Virus record (IMG/VR): IMGVR_UViG_3300015203_000008
DNA: 64,000 nt
DNA from: a virus
Direction: 5' to 3' (one strand)
Positions 27,616 to 37,458 of the stretch are shown here, in pieces. The notes under the pieces are model-generated. The model was not told where the DNA came from. It did no database searches and saw only the letters and a list, made by a program, of their open reading frames with translations. Position numbers and translations under genes: made by a program. How positions within the stretch are numbered: the stretch's first letter is position 1; each line of letters starts with the position of its first letter.

Positions 27616-29321
27616 AAACTTCCTTTCGTTTTCCGTCGAAAGACGGTCAATTCTGTATATCGGGTGTCGAGATCGTAGTCATCAAGGATCGCTCGACCGA
27701 ACGTCACTCCGTAGAACGGTGCATCCCAACGGCAAAAAATCAACGTATCGAACCGCATGTCCTGCCAACGCTGAATGATAGATTCCGTCGTCTCTTTCGG
27801 AAATGCGCTAACCGGGTCCCACCAGATCGGCAGCCCAACCGGCGATTTCCTGCCGGTGGCTGCGTACATCCATTCCAGGCGCGGCCCATAAAAGACGTTG
27901 GGAGCATCCATATCGATGCACAGTCCATTTTTATTGCAGAACTTCGCCGGTCCAGCAACTGCGGCCAACTCAGCTTGTTCGATGGTCCTTTTCAGCGTCC
28001 CGCTGCCGTAGAAACCTTTGAAAAAGGCTGTGGGAGGCTGCACCTCGTCTTGGTTGTACTCATGGAAGCGATGTTCGCCGATCGTTGCCACACGATACCG
28101 GGACAGTCCCATGTAGAATCCGCAGATAATCAGCACAGCGAGGGCCATTGCGGAGATTCTCTTCGCAATGCCAGATCCGCAACTGACGGCAACCGCAACC
28201 ACGAGCAGCGCGCAGTCAACCTCTTTCATTTCCCCGTTCGTTGTCATTGCTAGCAGCGCGATCGCCGCGCACGTCCACGAGAGCCAACGCGCCGACCTCC
28301 GAGCCGCGATCAAAGCCGCGAGAAACAGGCTCACCTGAACGAATGCCCGCAAGTTGTCATCTAATCCATTGATCCGCCAACCGATCCAGGGATCTGAATA
28401 GCCGCGCCCAGTGGCAATCATCAGATAATCGGCGAAGAGATTTTCCACGGAGATTCCCTGAAGAGCAAGAGCGGAGAATGCGAGCAACCCGGCGCCAAGA
28501 GTTTCTACTACGACACTCCGGTCAACCCGAAGTACGAAGATAAAGCCCGCGAGAAGCACTAGCGCTGCGGTATTCGGTTTGCCGAGGGCTAATATCGCCA
28601 TCGACGCACAGAAGGACAGCCGCACACTCCAACTCGGAGGTGACGAACGTGCCCATGCGAAACAAGACAGCGCAAAGATGGTCGCTATGACTGCCGTGCT
28701 GTTGTTGTACCACCAGAACGACAGCGACACCATCGATCCAACCTCGATCGCGAGCGCCGCCAGTGCGGGATACTCACAGCCTGATTTCTTGAATAGCCAG
28801 CTCAGCCAATAGAACGTCCCGCAGGCGAATGCGGCGGCGAGAATCTGGAGAGCATACCAATGAACTCCAAACACTCGAAAAGCTCCCGCCGCCGGCAGGA
28901 AGAATAACGGCGGCAAGCTGCAAAAGAAATCTCGGTATGGAATATGCCCTTGAAGCACTCGGTACGCCGATTCTACCGTCACTGCGAAGTCATAGCCGCC
29001 GAACTGGTGCATACCAAACCAATAGACGCAAGTGGCCACCGCAGGGCCTAGGGCCCACTTTTCCTTTTCGATCCACGGAGAGACATACGACGCGGAAACT
29101 ATCGCGATGACGATTAGAACCGCTGTCACGATTTCCCAATGAAGCAACTGGGGGACGCGCGCCGATTTGCCAAACACGACGCAGTTGACGCCCAACCATA
29201 AAGCTTTGGGAAGCGGAGCCACCTCGCGGCATTCTTTGATATTGAAGGCAATGACTGCATCGGCGATCCGCACCACTGACCATCCAATGGCACAGATCGC
29301 CGCTAGCGCAGGAAGACGCAT
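27612..29321 (-). CDS. Polytopic membrane protein, GT-C (ArnT/PMT-2-like) glycosyltransferase
   Basis: About 12-14 hydrophobic segments; YD...SAYRVLQGHIPYRDFFCSLPPL loop typical of GT-C; soluble C-terminal domain. Confidence 0.65.
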   Translation of the reverse strand: MRLPALAAICAIGWSVVRIADAVIAFNIKECREVAPLPKALWLGVNCVVFGKSARVPQLLHWEIVTAVLIVIAIVSASYVSPWIEKEKWALGPAVATCVYWFGMHQFGGYDFAVTVESAYRVLQGHIPYRDFFCSLPPLFFLPAAGAFRVFGVHWYALQILAAAFACGTFYWLSWLFKKSGCEYPALAALAIEVGSMVSLSFWWYNNSTAVIATIFALSCFAWARSSPPSWSVRLSFCASMAILALGKPNTAALVLLAGFIFVLRVDRSVVVETLGAGLLAFSALALQGISVENLFADYLMIATGRGYSDPWIGWRINGLDDNLRAFVQVSLFLAALIAARRSARWLSWTCAAIALLAMTTNGEMKEVDCALLVVAVAVSCGSGIAKRISAMALAVLIICGFYMGLSRYRVATIGEHRFHEYNQDEVQPPTAFFKGFYGSGTLKRTIEQAELAAVAGPAKFCNKNGLCIDMDAPNVFYGPRLEWMYAATGRKSPVGLPIWWDPVSAFPKETTESIIQRWQDMRFDTLIFCRWDAPFYGVTFGRAILDDYDLDTRYTELTVFRRKTKGSL

Positions 29322-29322
29322 G

Positions 29323-30429
29323 CTAGTTGACGTATTTGATTGATTGAACACGCTGGGCCATTCGGCTCGTCGCCACCGATGCGCTAAACATCGTCTGCAA
29401 AGCAATCGTGTTCGCCGCCGTCAGATCGACCGTTTGAGTCGTGACGTTGGTGTCATCGTAGTAGGCCGATGTAGCCGTGGTTCCGCTCACCGCCGATGCG
29501 AGATCGGCCGTGCAGTGAGATTCCAGCGTTCCGGTCGCGCCAGTGCTTGCCGTGATCAGGTCGGCGTGGAACTTCCACGGGTAGTTAGAGGCTGCCGTTG
29601 CCATGCCTGCGGTGGTGATGTCGCAGACTGGGACCGTCCCGACAAGCAGATAGAACCGAACGGTTGCCGTACCTGCGGTGCCAGCCGTCGCATACCCGAC
29701 GCCATCGTAAGACAGCTTGCGACCAACGAAGTTCTGCTGACCCGCAACCTGCGCCTGGGTCATCAAACTTGTCGGCGTCGTAATCGGATTGACCAGCAAG
29801 ACCGTCGCTAGATTTCCGCTCGGATTCTGGATGTAATTGGTCCCGTTCCACACGAATTCAACCGGGTATCCAGAGTGGTTCCAGATCAGCTTCGTGTCCA
29901 CAAAGCCCGCTGCCCCGGTCATTGTGGTTAATGAACCAGGGAATCCCGAATGGACGATGACGTTTCCGCCAGAACCACCGTGCGCGTAGTTGATGGCCTC
30001 TTGCAGCCCATAAGTTCCGGATACGATCCGTGAACCGGAGCCGTGAACGTAGGTGAACGATGCCGTGAAAGTGCAACTCGACGGCTGTTGGTTCGGACCT
30101 TGGCTACACGCCGACCCGACCGCAGTCGGCGTCACCGTTTCGCTGTTGGCGTCCAAGATGGTGATCGGGGCATTGGTCGAAAGCGGACTCAACGACAGGC
30201 CATCGCCCAGTGTCACCGTTCCACTCGCAACCGAGAGCGTTGAGGAACCGGTGGCATTTACGCCCGTCACTTGCAACTGCCAAGCATTGAAGGACGGTAC
30301 GTAAACGATGTCGTTACCCGACTCACGGGAGGGCAACCGGGAACTCGTGGGACCTTGCGCGATCACCACGGCTACAATCAAGAGGCAGGCCAATGCCCCC
30401 AGGCTTAACGCCTTTGAATTGAAGTTCAT
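29323..30429 (-). CDS. Signal-peptide-bearing Thr/Ser/Gly-rich structural-like protein
   Basis: MNFNSKALSLGALACLLIVAVVIA|Q; paired Cys; beta-sandwich-like C-terminus. Confidence 0.7.
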   Translation of the reverse strand: MNFNSKALSLGALACLLIVAVVIAQGPTSSRLPSRESGNDIVYVPSFNAWQLQVTGVNATGSSTLSVASGTVTLGDGLSLSPLSTNAPITILDANSETVTPTAVGSACSQGPNQQPSSCTFTASFTYVHGSGSRIVSGTYGLQEAINYAHGGSGGNVIVHSGFPGSLTTMTGAAGFVDTKLIWNHSGYPVEFVWNGTNYIQNPSGNLATVLLVNPITTPTSLMTQAQVAGQQNFVGRKLSYDGVGYATAGTAGTATVRFYLLVGTVPVCDITTAGMATAASNYPWKFHADLITASTGATGTLESHCTADLASAVSGTTATSAYYDDTNVTTQTVDLTAANTIALQTMFSASVATSRMAQRVQSIKYVN

Positions 30430-30445
30430 AAAAGATCTCCTGTTC

Positions 30446-31297
30446 TTAAAATGCGTGATTTCGATAACCCAAGGCTTCTAGTTCGCGGCTGGCTTGCGCC
30501 TGCCCTCCTAGGCTCTTGGCGTCGAATGGGTTGTAGGTGTTGGCGAGCGCCTCGCGAGTCGCCGCCATTCGCAGTTCTGACTTTTGGACATTTTCGGCTT
30601 CTGCTTGACTGACGGCCAGCGCGATGCGTGCGTTGGGATTCTCAGGAACCTCGGCTAGACCTTGCTCGATCATGCCGACGATCCGAAGAACCCAATCCTC
30701 GCTGAGTTGCGTCGGCGAGAAGCTAAACCCGGTTGTGACCCAATCCCCGCGATGTGGATATGATCCCAAAGCAGGAACGGTTTTGCTCTGTTTGGTGACC
30801 ATCGTTCCTCCAAGTTCCTGCGGCATCTCCCAAAGCTCAGGAGTGCCCCACGCTTCGGCTCCTCGCCAGCGTTCAAGAACCCAGCGACCACGCAACTCCC
30901 AGTAGATCGGGATCGCGCGGACCTCCACAACGCTCCGAATTGGAACATTGCCGCCCCACTGCCGGCCACCTTCGGCAACCGAAGATACCCGATCTGCAGA
31001 GCAGCAACGCGGACACGGCTTAGGCTTCGTCTTTCCAACGATCATGGCCCCGCCGCATACCTTGCAACCGTCAACATCCGCGAAGGATACCTGACGCCCG
31101 ACGGGGTTGCGTTCGGCTACCGAAAGGTTTTCGTTCCAATCGAGCCATTCTCCGCCGGATTCGACAAATCGACCTTCTGCCCAAACGAGGCGATACAGAG
31201 GCTCCCCGTAAGGATTGGAAGGATGCCCCAGCGCGCGAACAATGTGCGCTGGGGCATCCAAGGCGTTGACACCGGTATACAGCGTGCGGCCATCCAT
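30446..31297 (-). CDS. Protein downstream of the capsid gene, with a zinc-finger insert
   Basis: Start MDGRTLY 5 nt after the MCP stop; YRLVW motif; CKVC...CPRC. Confidence 0.65.
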   Translation of the reverse strand: MDGRTLYTGVNALDAPAHIVRALGHPSNPYGEPLYRLVWAEGRFVESGGEWLDWNENLSVAERNPVGRQVSFADVDGCKVCGGAMIVGKTKPKPCPRCCSADRVSSVAEGGRQWGGNVPIRSVVEVRAIPIYWELRGRWVLERWRGAEAWGTPELWEMPQELGGTMVTKQSKTVPALGSYPHRGDWVTTGFSFSPTQLSEDWVLRIVGMIEQGLAEVPENPNARIALAVSQAEAENVQKSELRMAATREALANTYNPFDAKSLGGQAQASRELEALGYRNHAF

Positions 31298-31302
31298 GAT
31301 GT

Positions 31303-32568
31303 TTAGACCCAGCCAGTCGGAACGGCCAGCGAAGTGATGGCACCGATCGCCAGCGGGTTGTCCACGAAGAACTGGATACCGCAGGCGAAGTAGAAGAGGC
31401 TCGAGGATTCCGGCGCGCCGTCCGGGGCGTATGCCGAGAACAGCCACGTGCCGTCCTTCAAGGTGTAGTAGTCAACCGCTTTCCACTCCGCACGGCCCCA
31501 GGTATCGAGGTTGAGCAGGTCGACGCGGGTGATGTCCTGGTAGATGTGGCACTTCACCGGGATTCCGAGAATCTGGCCTTCTTCATCGTCGGTGATCAGA
31601 TCGATGTTCTCGCGGCCCGCGCCCTTTTGCTTCATGATGCGGGTGATGGCCTGTTCGATCTCCGCGTACGCGGCGAACTGGGCTTCATGCATCAGCCAGC
31701 GAAGCGCCTTCTGCTTTTTGGCAGTTTCGACGCCAACCGCCTGCTTGACCGCTCCCCACAATTGGCGGAAGTGGCCCAATGCTAGCGCCTGGCTCCCCGC
31801 ATTGAAGATGTTGGCCTGCATGTAGTTGTTTCCACGGCTGATGCCCATGACCGTGCCCGTGGAGGTGTTCGTGGCGAAATACGGGATGCCGTAGATGCCG
31901 ACCGGGTTCGCGCCGCTCAAACCAGCCGCGACAATGACGTCGGTGCCAGTCGTTCCAGCCGGAACAGCATCGACCAAGACGGTCTGTGTCTGCCCGAGGC
32001 GCGCATTGACATCGACCACGTTGAAGGATCCGCGGTTGGTAGTCAACGCCGAGTTGTAAATCTGGTACGGCGCCGTCTTGCGGATCAGGCGCGCACCGAA
32101 CGGCGTGCTCGTCATCGTGATCGTGTTGCCCGACACCGAGGACACCGTACCGTGAACGCCGTTGCCGGCGGTCAGCAGTTGGCGATCGATGGCGTTCCGG
32201 AACTCTTCGATTCCGTATGCGCTTTCCGCTTCGAAAGCCTTCTTGACGGCCTTCTGGTCCGAGTCCGTCGCGAACTCTTGCAGAGCCGTGGTTTCGACCG
32301 CGAGCAGCATGCCCAGCGGGGTGATCTGGAACCGATCGTAAATCGAGGAGGTACCGCGGCCCAGACCTTGACCGTCAAACCCGTTGTACCGGAACGCCGC
32401 CGGCGGGCTAACACGCAAAGGTCCGTTGACCGCGCGCGTCGATGATTTCACAACGTCACCGCGGGTCATGATGAGCTGATACACCATGTCCCCTTCGTTC
32501 ATCAGGTTCGGAACGATTTTGCGGTATTCTTCCTTCTGCACACCGAGGTAATCGGCATTGGATGGCAT
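31303..32568 (-). CDS. Major capsid protein (HK97 fold)
   Basis: 421 aa after the scaffold; FRNAIDRQLL.G.G, GIYGIP and final GAITSL features; strong RBS. Confidence 0.8.
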   Translation of the reverse strand: MPSNADYLGVQKEEYRKIVPNLMNEGDMVYQLIMTRGDVVKSSTRAVNGPLRVSPPAAFRYNGFDGQGLGRGTSSIYDRFQITPLGMLLAVETTALQEFATDSDQKAVKKAFEAESAYGIEEFRNAIDRQLLTAGNGVHGTVSSVSGNTITMTSTPFGARLIRKTAPYQIYNSALTTNRGSFNVVDVNARLGQTQTVLVDAVPAGTTGTDVIVAAGLSGANPVGIYGIPYFATNTSTGTVMGISRGNNYMQANIFNAGSQALALGHFRQLWGAVKQAVGVETAKKQKALRWLMHEAQFAAYAEIEQAITRIMKQKGAGRENIDLITDDEEGQILGIPVKCHIYQDITRVDLLNLDTWGRAEWKAVDYYTLKDGTWLFSAYAPDGAPESSSLFYFACGIQFFVDNPLAIGAITSLAVPTGWV

Positions 32569-32601
32569 AGTAGTGTCCTTTTCTTTCGAAGGTCTTTATG
32601 G

Positions 32602-34038
32602 TTAACTGGCCTTGGAAGCCGCTAGCAGCATCGCCCACTCTTCGAGCATTTCTCCGGTGGTTGCTCCTAGCTTCTCCTGGGTCGTAAGTTCGTCTGAATT
32701 GAATCCGTTGACGCCAGCCGCCTTGAGAGCCATTTTCAGCTTCTTAGCTTCGGCGAGACGCGCCTGCGGACCTGGCATCGTGGGGCTAGGTGCGCCGCCT
32801 CCGCCGCGGGGTTCCGCTTGCTGTTTCTGTTTATCAGTGCGCGCTCCAAGCTGCTGGTGAGTGGCTTGGTTCTTCTGGACTGCCGCCTGATTCTTTTCTG
32901 CCGCCATCTCTTTCAAGATTGCGGGCATCAAGTTCTGAGCGACGTTCGCGCAATACTTCGCCATGTTCGCGATGCCGGCAGGCCCGGTTTGGCGCATCAA
33001 GGCTCGGTAGTTCTGCATAAACATTGGATTCGACAACACCGCCTTTGAGAACTTGGCATACGCGCCTTCGAAGAGCGCATCCCGTTCCTCAGGCTTCAGT
33101 GTCGGCGTGATTTTTTCCAGATAGCTACCCAGACGGCCACGAATCTCCGTCTTGGTTCCTGCGGCACGTTCATTGTTGTAGCGCACTGTCTCAGCCGTCT
33201 TCGCTTCTTGCCCCTGGAGGGTGAGGGCTTTTGCTTCCTCCAATTGTCGGCGAACGTCGGCAGGTAAGGTGCTTGGATCTGTGGCGGCCGGAACTCCGGC
33301 CACTTCATCAATGTATTGCTTTATCGCATCCAGCGTCTCAATCACATCGGGACGCTGGCCCTTCTCGGCGTGTGAGCGGAGCGACGCGAAAAGGTCCTCG
33401 CGCACCGCCTTGCAAATCTCTTGAAATCTCCCGGTGTACTGCGGTTGGCCGTCCTTTACAACCGGCTTCCCGTCTTCTCCGAGTACTGCGGTTCGATCGC
33501 GTAGCGCCTGCAAAAACGAATAGGCGCTTTCCATTCCGTCTTTGAACGGCTGCCCTGTGGCGCGGTTGAACCCGTCGCCCTCGAACAACTCGCTCAACGT
33601 TCCGAATTCTTTGGCTTGCTCAGCCGCGAACTGGGCAATATCGACCGTTGGAAACAGATCGCGGTACTTCCCGGCTTCTTCCGCGCGCGCGGCCTGCGAG
33701 TACAGGAAGTTCTTGAGGCTAGGATCGGCGTCCACAACCGCTTTCAGTTGCGGATTCTTCTCCAAGCGCTGGTTGAGCAGCTTGCGAGACACCGGTTCGT
33801 CTTCCAACGGCGGTTCAGGGGCCTTCGCGGGCGCGGCGGCTGGTTTCGGAGGCGCTGGCGCAGCCGGGGCCGCCGGAGGTGCAGGTTGCTCAGCTTCAGG
33901 CGGTACGAAATCCTCAATCTCAGCGGGCGGCGCTTCGATAACGGGCGCTGATTCGACTACAGGGGCGGCTTCAACGGATGATGCTACTTCGCCTGCTGGC
34001 ACTTCGGTGCTAACCGCACCTTCAACTGGGTCAAGCAT
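32602..34038 (-). CDS. Scaffolding-like protein
   Basis: Acidic Pro/Ala N-terminus and long helical body between portal and MCP. Confidence 0.6.
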   Translation of the reverse strand: MLDPVEGAVSTEVPAGEVASSVEAAPVVESAPVIEAPPAEIEDFVPPEAEQPAPPAAPAAPAPPKPAAAPAKAPEPPLEDEPVSRKLLNQRLEKNPQLKAVVDADPSLKNFLYSQAARAEEAGKYRDLFPTVDIAQFAAEQAKEFGTLSELFEGDGFNRATGQPFKDGMESAYSFLQALRDRTAVLGEDGKPVVKDGQPQYTGRFQEICKAVREDLFASLRSHAEKGQRPDVIETLDAIKQYIDEVAGVPAATDPSTLPADVRRQLEEAKALTLQGQEAKTAETVRYNNERAAGTKTEIRGRLGSYLEKITPTLKPEERDALFEGAYAKFSKAVLSNPMFMQNYRALMRQTGPAGIANMAKYCANVAQNLMPAILKEMAAEKNQAAVQKNQATHQQLGARTDKQKQQAEPRGGGGAPSPTMPGPQARLAEAKKLKMALKAAGVNGFNSDELTTQEKLGATTGEMLEEWAMLLAASKAS

Positions 34039-34089
34039 GGTATTCTCCTGGTTTTTTGCCTACGCCGAGGCTGGGATTAACGAAATGTT

Positions 34090-34356
34090 CTACTTTTTCT
34101 TGTTTCTGAAGTATTCGATGGCTTCCGCGAACTTGCGTTCAACGTCGTCTTCAGAGAAGACAACTGCCAGCCTAATAGTTGGGTCTGAATCGCTCTCGCA
34201 GAGGTATGAGACATGATTTCCGGTCGGTAATCCGTCAGAACCAAACTCATCGAAGACCACCTGTCCACGACATACCTTTGGCGAGAATAAATGCAATCCC
34301 TTGATAGCTAGAATGGGGCGGTAACACTCAACTGTCGTCTCTAAAGCGCGCATCAT
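34090..34356 (-). CDS. Small hypothetical protein between portal and scaffold
   Basis: MMRALETT...FRNKKK; ATGA overlap with the portal stop; appears more AT-rich than its flanks. Confidence 0.5.
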   Translation of the reverse strand: MMRALETTVECYRPILAIKGLHLFSPKVCRGQVVFDEFGSDGLPTGNHVSYLCESDSDPTIRLAVVFSEDDVERKFAEAIEYFRNKKK

Positions 34357-36773
34357 GCTCCTTGTGCTGCTTGTTGTGGCGCTGCCGCGGGCGCTGGCGT
34401 GGCTTGCGGCGGTTTCTTTAACCCTGGAATGGTCTGTGGAGACGGAGGCGGTAGGATACCCGCCTGAATCTCCATACCGAGCTTCTGAACTTGCGCCTGG
34501 ACCGTTAACTGACCGATCTTGTGCGCCAAAAAGTGAGCCATGACGTTGTTGAACCCGAGCGGGTTCTCTTTCGATGCCGTGATGCCCTTGTCGTCGTCGC
34601 ACCACTCTTGAATCGTCGCCATTTCGATCTCGTGATTGTCCGTCCAGATGTGAACCGGCTGCGACGGGATGCCGTAAGGGTTCAAATTCAGCGGATCTGG
34701 CGTCGATTGCCCATCTAAGAGCGCATCAATCTCGCGCCATTGCTTCTCGCGAGACTGTTCGAGCGGGAAAACCAACTCCGGAATGCCGATGAAGCGCCTG
34801 GCTAATGGCGCATTCGACGGCAGCGCGAATAGCTGCTGCAACTGTTCGGCAATCTGCGGGTTCTTGGCGAGCCCAACGAGGCGATCGACTGATTCAGCCC
34901 ACGTTGTTGGAAACCCATCGTCGGCTTCCGGCTCCGCTAGGATATTGCCCTTCAACTGATCTAGGCGAATGTACTTCGCGGCGAACTCTCCGCTCTTATC
35001 GACTACCGTCAAATCGGTGTCTTGATCGCGGTTTCGTCGGAAGCACTCGACCGCCAAAAGCATCAGAGACGAATGAAACTCGGTGACGGCCGCCCACAGG
35101 AGCATGTACTGCCCCAGCGTTTGATTCAGAGCCTGTTGGTATCCGCTTGCCGTGTCGATATGCTGGATGCCGCCGCCCCAGAGCGCCGGCTGCGCGCCGC
35201 TGACCGACTGCATCGCCTCAACCATGTCCTTCCGACGGGCCATGACATCGCTGCCCATCGTAGACTTGAATTCGTAGAACAACTCCTGCATCGTGTACTG
35301 CCGACCGCCCTTTTCCAGCTTGATCGGGATGAACGATCCGGGCTCCGCTACTTTTCCTTGCAAAGCCTGCCCGTTGATGATCTCGGAGTTGAACGCGATC
35401 GGCGTAAATGCCGCCCGCTCCATGTATTCGGCAATCAGGTTGTCAACGTTGTTGAACTGCTTCTGAGAATCGAGACACGACCAGCCCCAAGGCTCACGAT
35501 AAGCGCCTTGCCCGGGCATCGGCATACACAGGCACCAGCAGGTGTCCATGTCCTCCGGCGTGACACGCAGGCAAACCTTACCGGCGATGTCGATCCGCGC
35601 GCCATCTGGCAACTTTTCGAGCAACTCATCGCGGACTTCCTCGTCATCGATGTCCCAGAACGCCTCTGGACGTATCCACGCCCGCTTGTAGGTCAGAAGC
35701 GAGCTGAACGGCATCGTATAGCCGCTCGTCGTCCTACCTTGTCCGCCAACGCCTCCGAACAACTGAAGCCGAGCACGGCGCTCGTAGGTGTCCTCCGCAG
35801 ATCCTTCCGAGAAATCGATCTCTTTGGCCTTCTCGGGGAATGCCGCACGGAGCGCCGCACGGTGTTTCTCTTCACAGCAGATCAGATACAGCGTTTCGTC
35901 TTGGCTGTTCGCATTCGGCATCACCTTGAGATTCAAGGCGCCATAGATCGAAATAACCTCTTGTCCATCGGGATAGACCTTTGACCCGCTGACCACGGGA
36001 ACCTCTGCGGTTTCCCCTTCGTGGAAGTCGGCCTGGTCAAGTGCCGTCCCGCATTGCGGGCAAGCCAACTGCCCACTGCCCACAACCGCCTCTTCCGGCG
36101 TTTTCGCTTGGCATTGCGGACACTGGAAGTAATCGTCTTCCACCTTGACGGTGGACATTTCCATGACCGGCTCTTTGTGAGTGCCGAACTTCTTGTCTAC
36201 GAGGTAGCGAACGTAGCCGCCCCACATACCCTGCGTCCATCCAAGATACGCTTCGCGAATCGCCAGCAACTTCAGCTTATTGTTGCTCTCGATCAGGTCA
36301 CAAATGTCGGAAGCGGCCTTCGCGGTCGCCAAATCTTCCTCACGCCAGGCGCTCTTGGGCATGAATCGGACCTTCGGACGTCGCTCCGCACACGCTGCAA
36401 TGACCGAAAGCCCAAAGCGCTGGAAATAGTTCGTTACGTAGCGTCGACGCCCGCCGCCCGGCTCTGCTTGCCCTTGCATCTGCGACCACTGCTCAGGAGA
36501 GAAGTAGTTGAAGGCGGTATTGTTCCAGATCAGGTCTTGGTTGCCCTTCCAGAACTGCTCCGCTTCCAGGTACCGGCGAACATTCCATTTGCGGACGATA
36601 TCGGTTTCCTGTTCGAACTTGTTGACCAGATCAACCAGTCGTCGTTCGATCTTCTTCTGCTTGACCTTGTCGCCTCCACCCAGAGAAATCAGTGGCGCGT
36701 CGCCGGTGGGTTCTTCGCCCTTGTTTAACGCTGGCTTGCGGCCGGCAACGGCCAATACCTCCGAGTTGGGCAT
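34353..36773 (-). CDS. Portal protein (P22-like) with a zinc-ribbon insertion
   Basis: EAEQFWKGNQ, NYFQRF, RPKVRFMP...DLATAKAA, QKQFNN, SGAQPALWG portal-like motifs. Confidence 0.85.
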   Translation of the reverse strand: MPNSEVLAVAGRKPALNKGEEPTGDAPLISLGGGDKVKQKKIERRLVDLVNKFEQETDIVRKWNVRRYLEAEQFWKGNQDLIWNNTAFNYFSPEQWSQMQGQAEPGGGRRRYVTNYFQRFGLSVIAACAERRPKVRFMPKSAWREEDLATAKAASDICDLIESNNKLKLLAIREAYLGWTQGMWGGYVRYLVDKKFGTHKEPVMEMSTVKVEDDYFQCPQCQAKTPEEAVVGSGQLACPQCGTALDQADFHEGETAEVPVVSGSKVYPDGQEVISIYGALNLKVMPNANSQDETLYLICCEEKHRAALRAAFPEKAKEIDFSEGSAEDTYERRARLQLFGGVGGQGRTTSGYTMPFSSLLTYKRAWIRPEAFWDIDDEEVRDELLEKLPDGARIDIAGKVCLRVTPEDMDTCWCLCMPMPGQGAYREPWGWSCLDSQKQFNNVDNLIAEYMERAAFTPIAFNSEIINGQALQGKVAEPGSFIPIKLEKGGRQYTMQELFYEFKSTMGSDVMARRKDMVEAMQSVSGAQPALWGGGIQHIDTASGYQQALNQTLGQYMLLWAAVTEFHSSLMLLAVECFRRNRDQDTDLTVVDKSGEFAAKYIRLDQLKGNILAEPEADDGFPTTWAESVDRLVGLAKNPQIAEQLQQLFALPSNAPLARRFIGIPELVFPLEQSREKQWREIDALLDGQSTPDPLNLNPYGIPSQPVHIWTDNHEIEMATIQEWCDDDKGITASKENPLGFNNVMAHFLAHKIGQLTVQAQVQKLGMEIQAGILPPPSPQTIPGLKKPPQATPAPAAAPQQAAQGA

Positions 36774-36776
36774 CAG

Positions 36777-37082
36777 CTACTCGGACATCTCTGCGGCCTG
36801 CTCCATCGGCGGGATCGGAGACGCCGCGGATGATCCGGCCGGAGTAACCCCTACCTTGTCGGCGATCTGCTGAAGAAGGCCTTGCATTCCGTCCACTTTT
36901 TGGCTCAGGTCCATCATGGGATCGCCAGTGCCTCCGCCAGTCGCCGGCGGCATCGCGTCTTGCGTGGCGTCGGGATCGACGGGCGCGCTGTCCATCGTGG
37001 CCCCATCGGGCTTGTTTCCGAGCAGCTTCCCGCGCTTCATCGCTAAAAGCATGTCGTTACCGCCCATCTTAGGTGCTGGCAT
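36777..37082 (-). CDS. Low-complexity hypothetical protein
   Basis: AGGAG RBS; Pro/Met-rich. Confidence 0.6.
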   Translation of the reverse strand: MPAPKMGGNDMLLAMKRGKLLGNKPDGATMDSAPVDPDATQDAMPPATGGGTGDPMMDLSQKVDGMQGLLQQIADKVGVTPAGSSAASPIPPMEQAAEMSE

Positions 37083-37458
37083 ATTCTTTCTCCTTGATCA
37101 CGGCTAGCGTGACGTGCTGCTCGAATTTCTCATCCAACCTTGCGGATTCTCTTTGCGCTTCGGCAAGCCATGTCCTTTGGCTCGCCGCGCTCGACCTTGC
37201 GGGTTCCGGAGCGGCTTCCGTCTTTGGTTCAGGCGCTTCCACTTGAGGCGCTGGCGGGTTGGCATTGGCCAGGTAGAAGACGCGATCCAGAAGCGACCGA
37301 TTCTCTGCGTTCAGGTCTTTAACTTGCTGATCCAACCGGATCACCAGGGTACTCAAATTGCAGTTCCGCTCCGTAAGGACTGCATGGGCTAGACTGATTT
37401 TTCCCAACTCAGTCCGCAACGCTTCCAACTGTCTTTCGTGATCCTTGAAGCAGAGCAT
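37069..37458 (-). CDS. Coiled-coil hypothetical protein
   Basis: TAAATG coupling; heptad pattern. Confidence 0.6.
   Translation of the reverse strand: MLCFKDHERQLEALRTELGKISLAHAVLTERNCNLSTLVIRLDQQVKDLNAENRSLLDRVFYLANANPPAPQVEAPEPKTEAAPEPARSSAASQRTWLAEAQRESARLDEKFEQHVTLAVIKEKEYAST

Noticed and set aside
29323-30429. Idea that the secreted genes are host cargo unrelated to the virion
   Set aside because: Not excluded, but disfavoured: they are co-oriented, tightly coupled and interleaved with capsid, portal and adaptor genes and show fibre- or cement-like motifs
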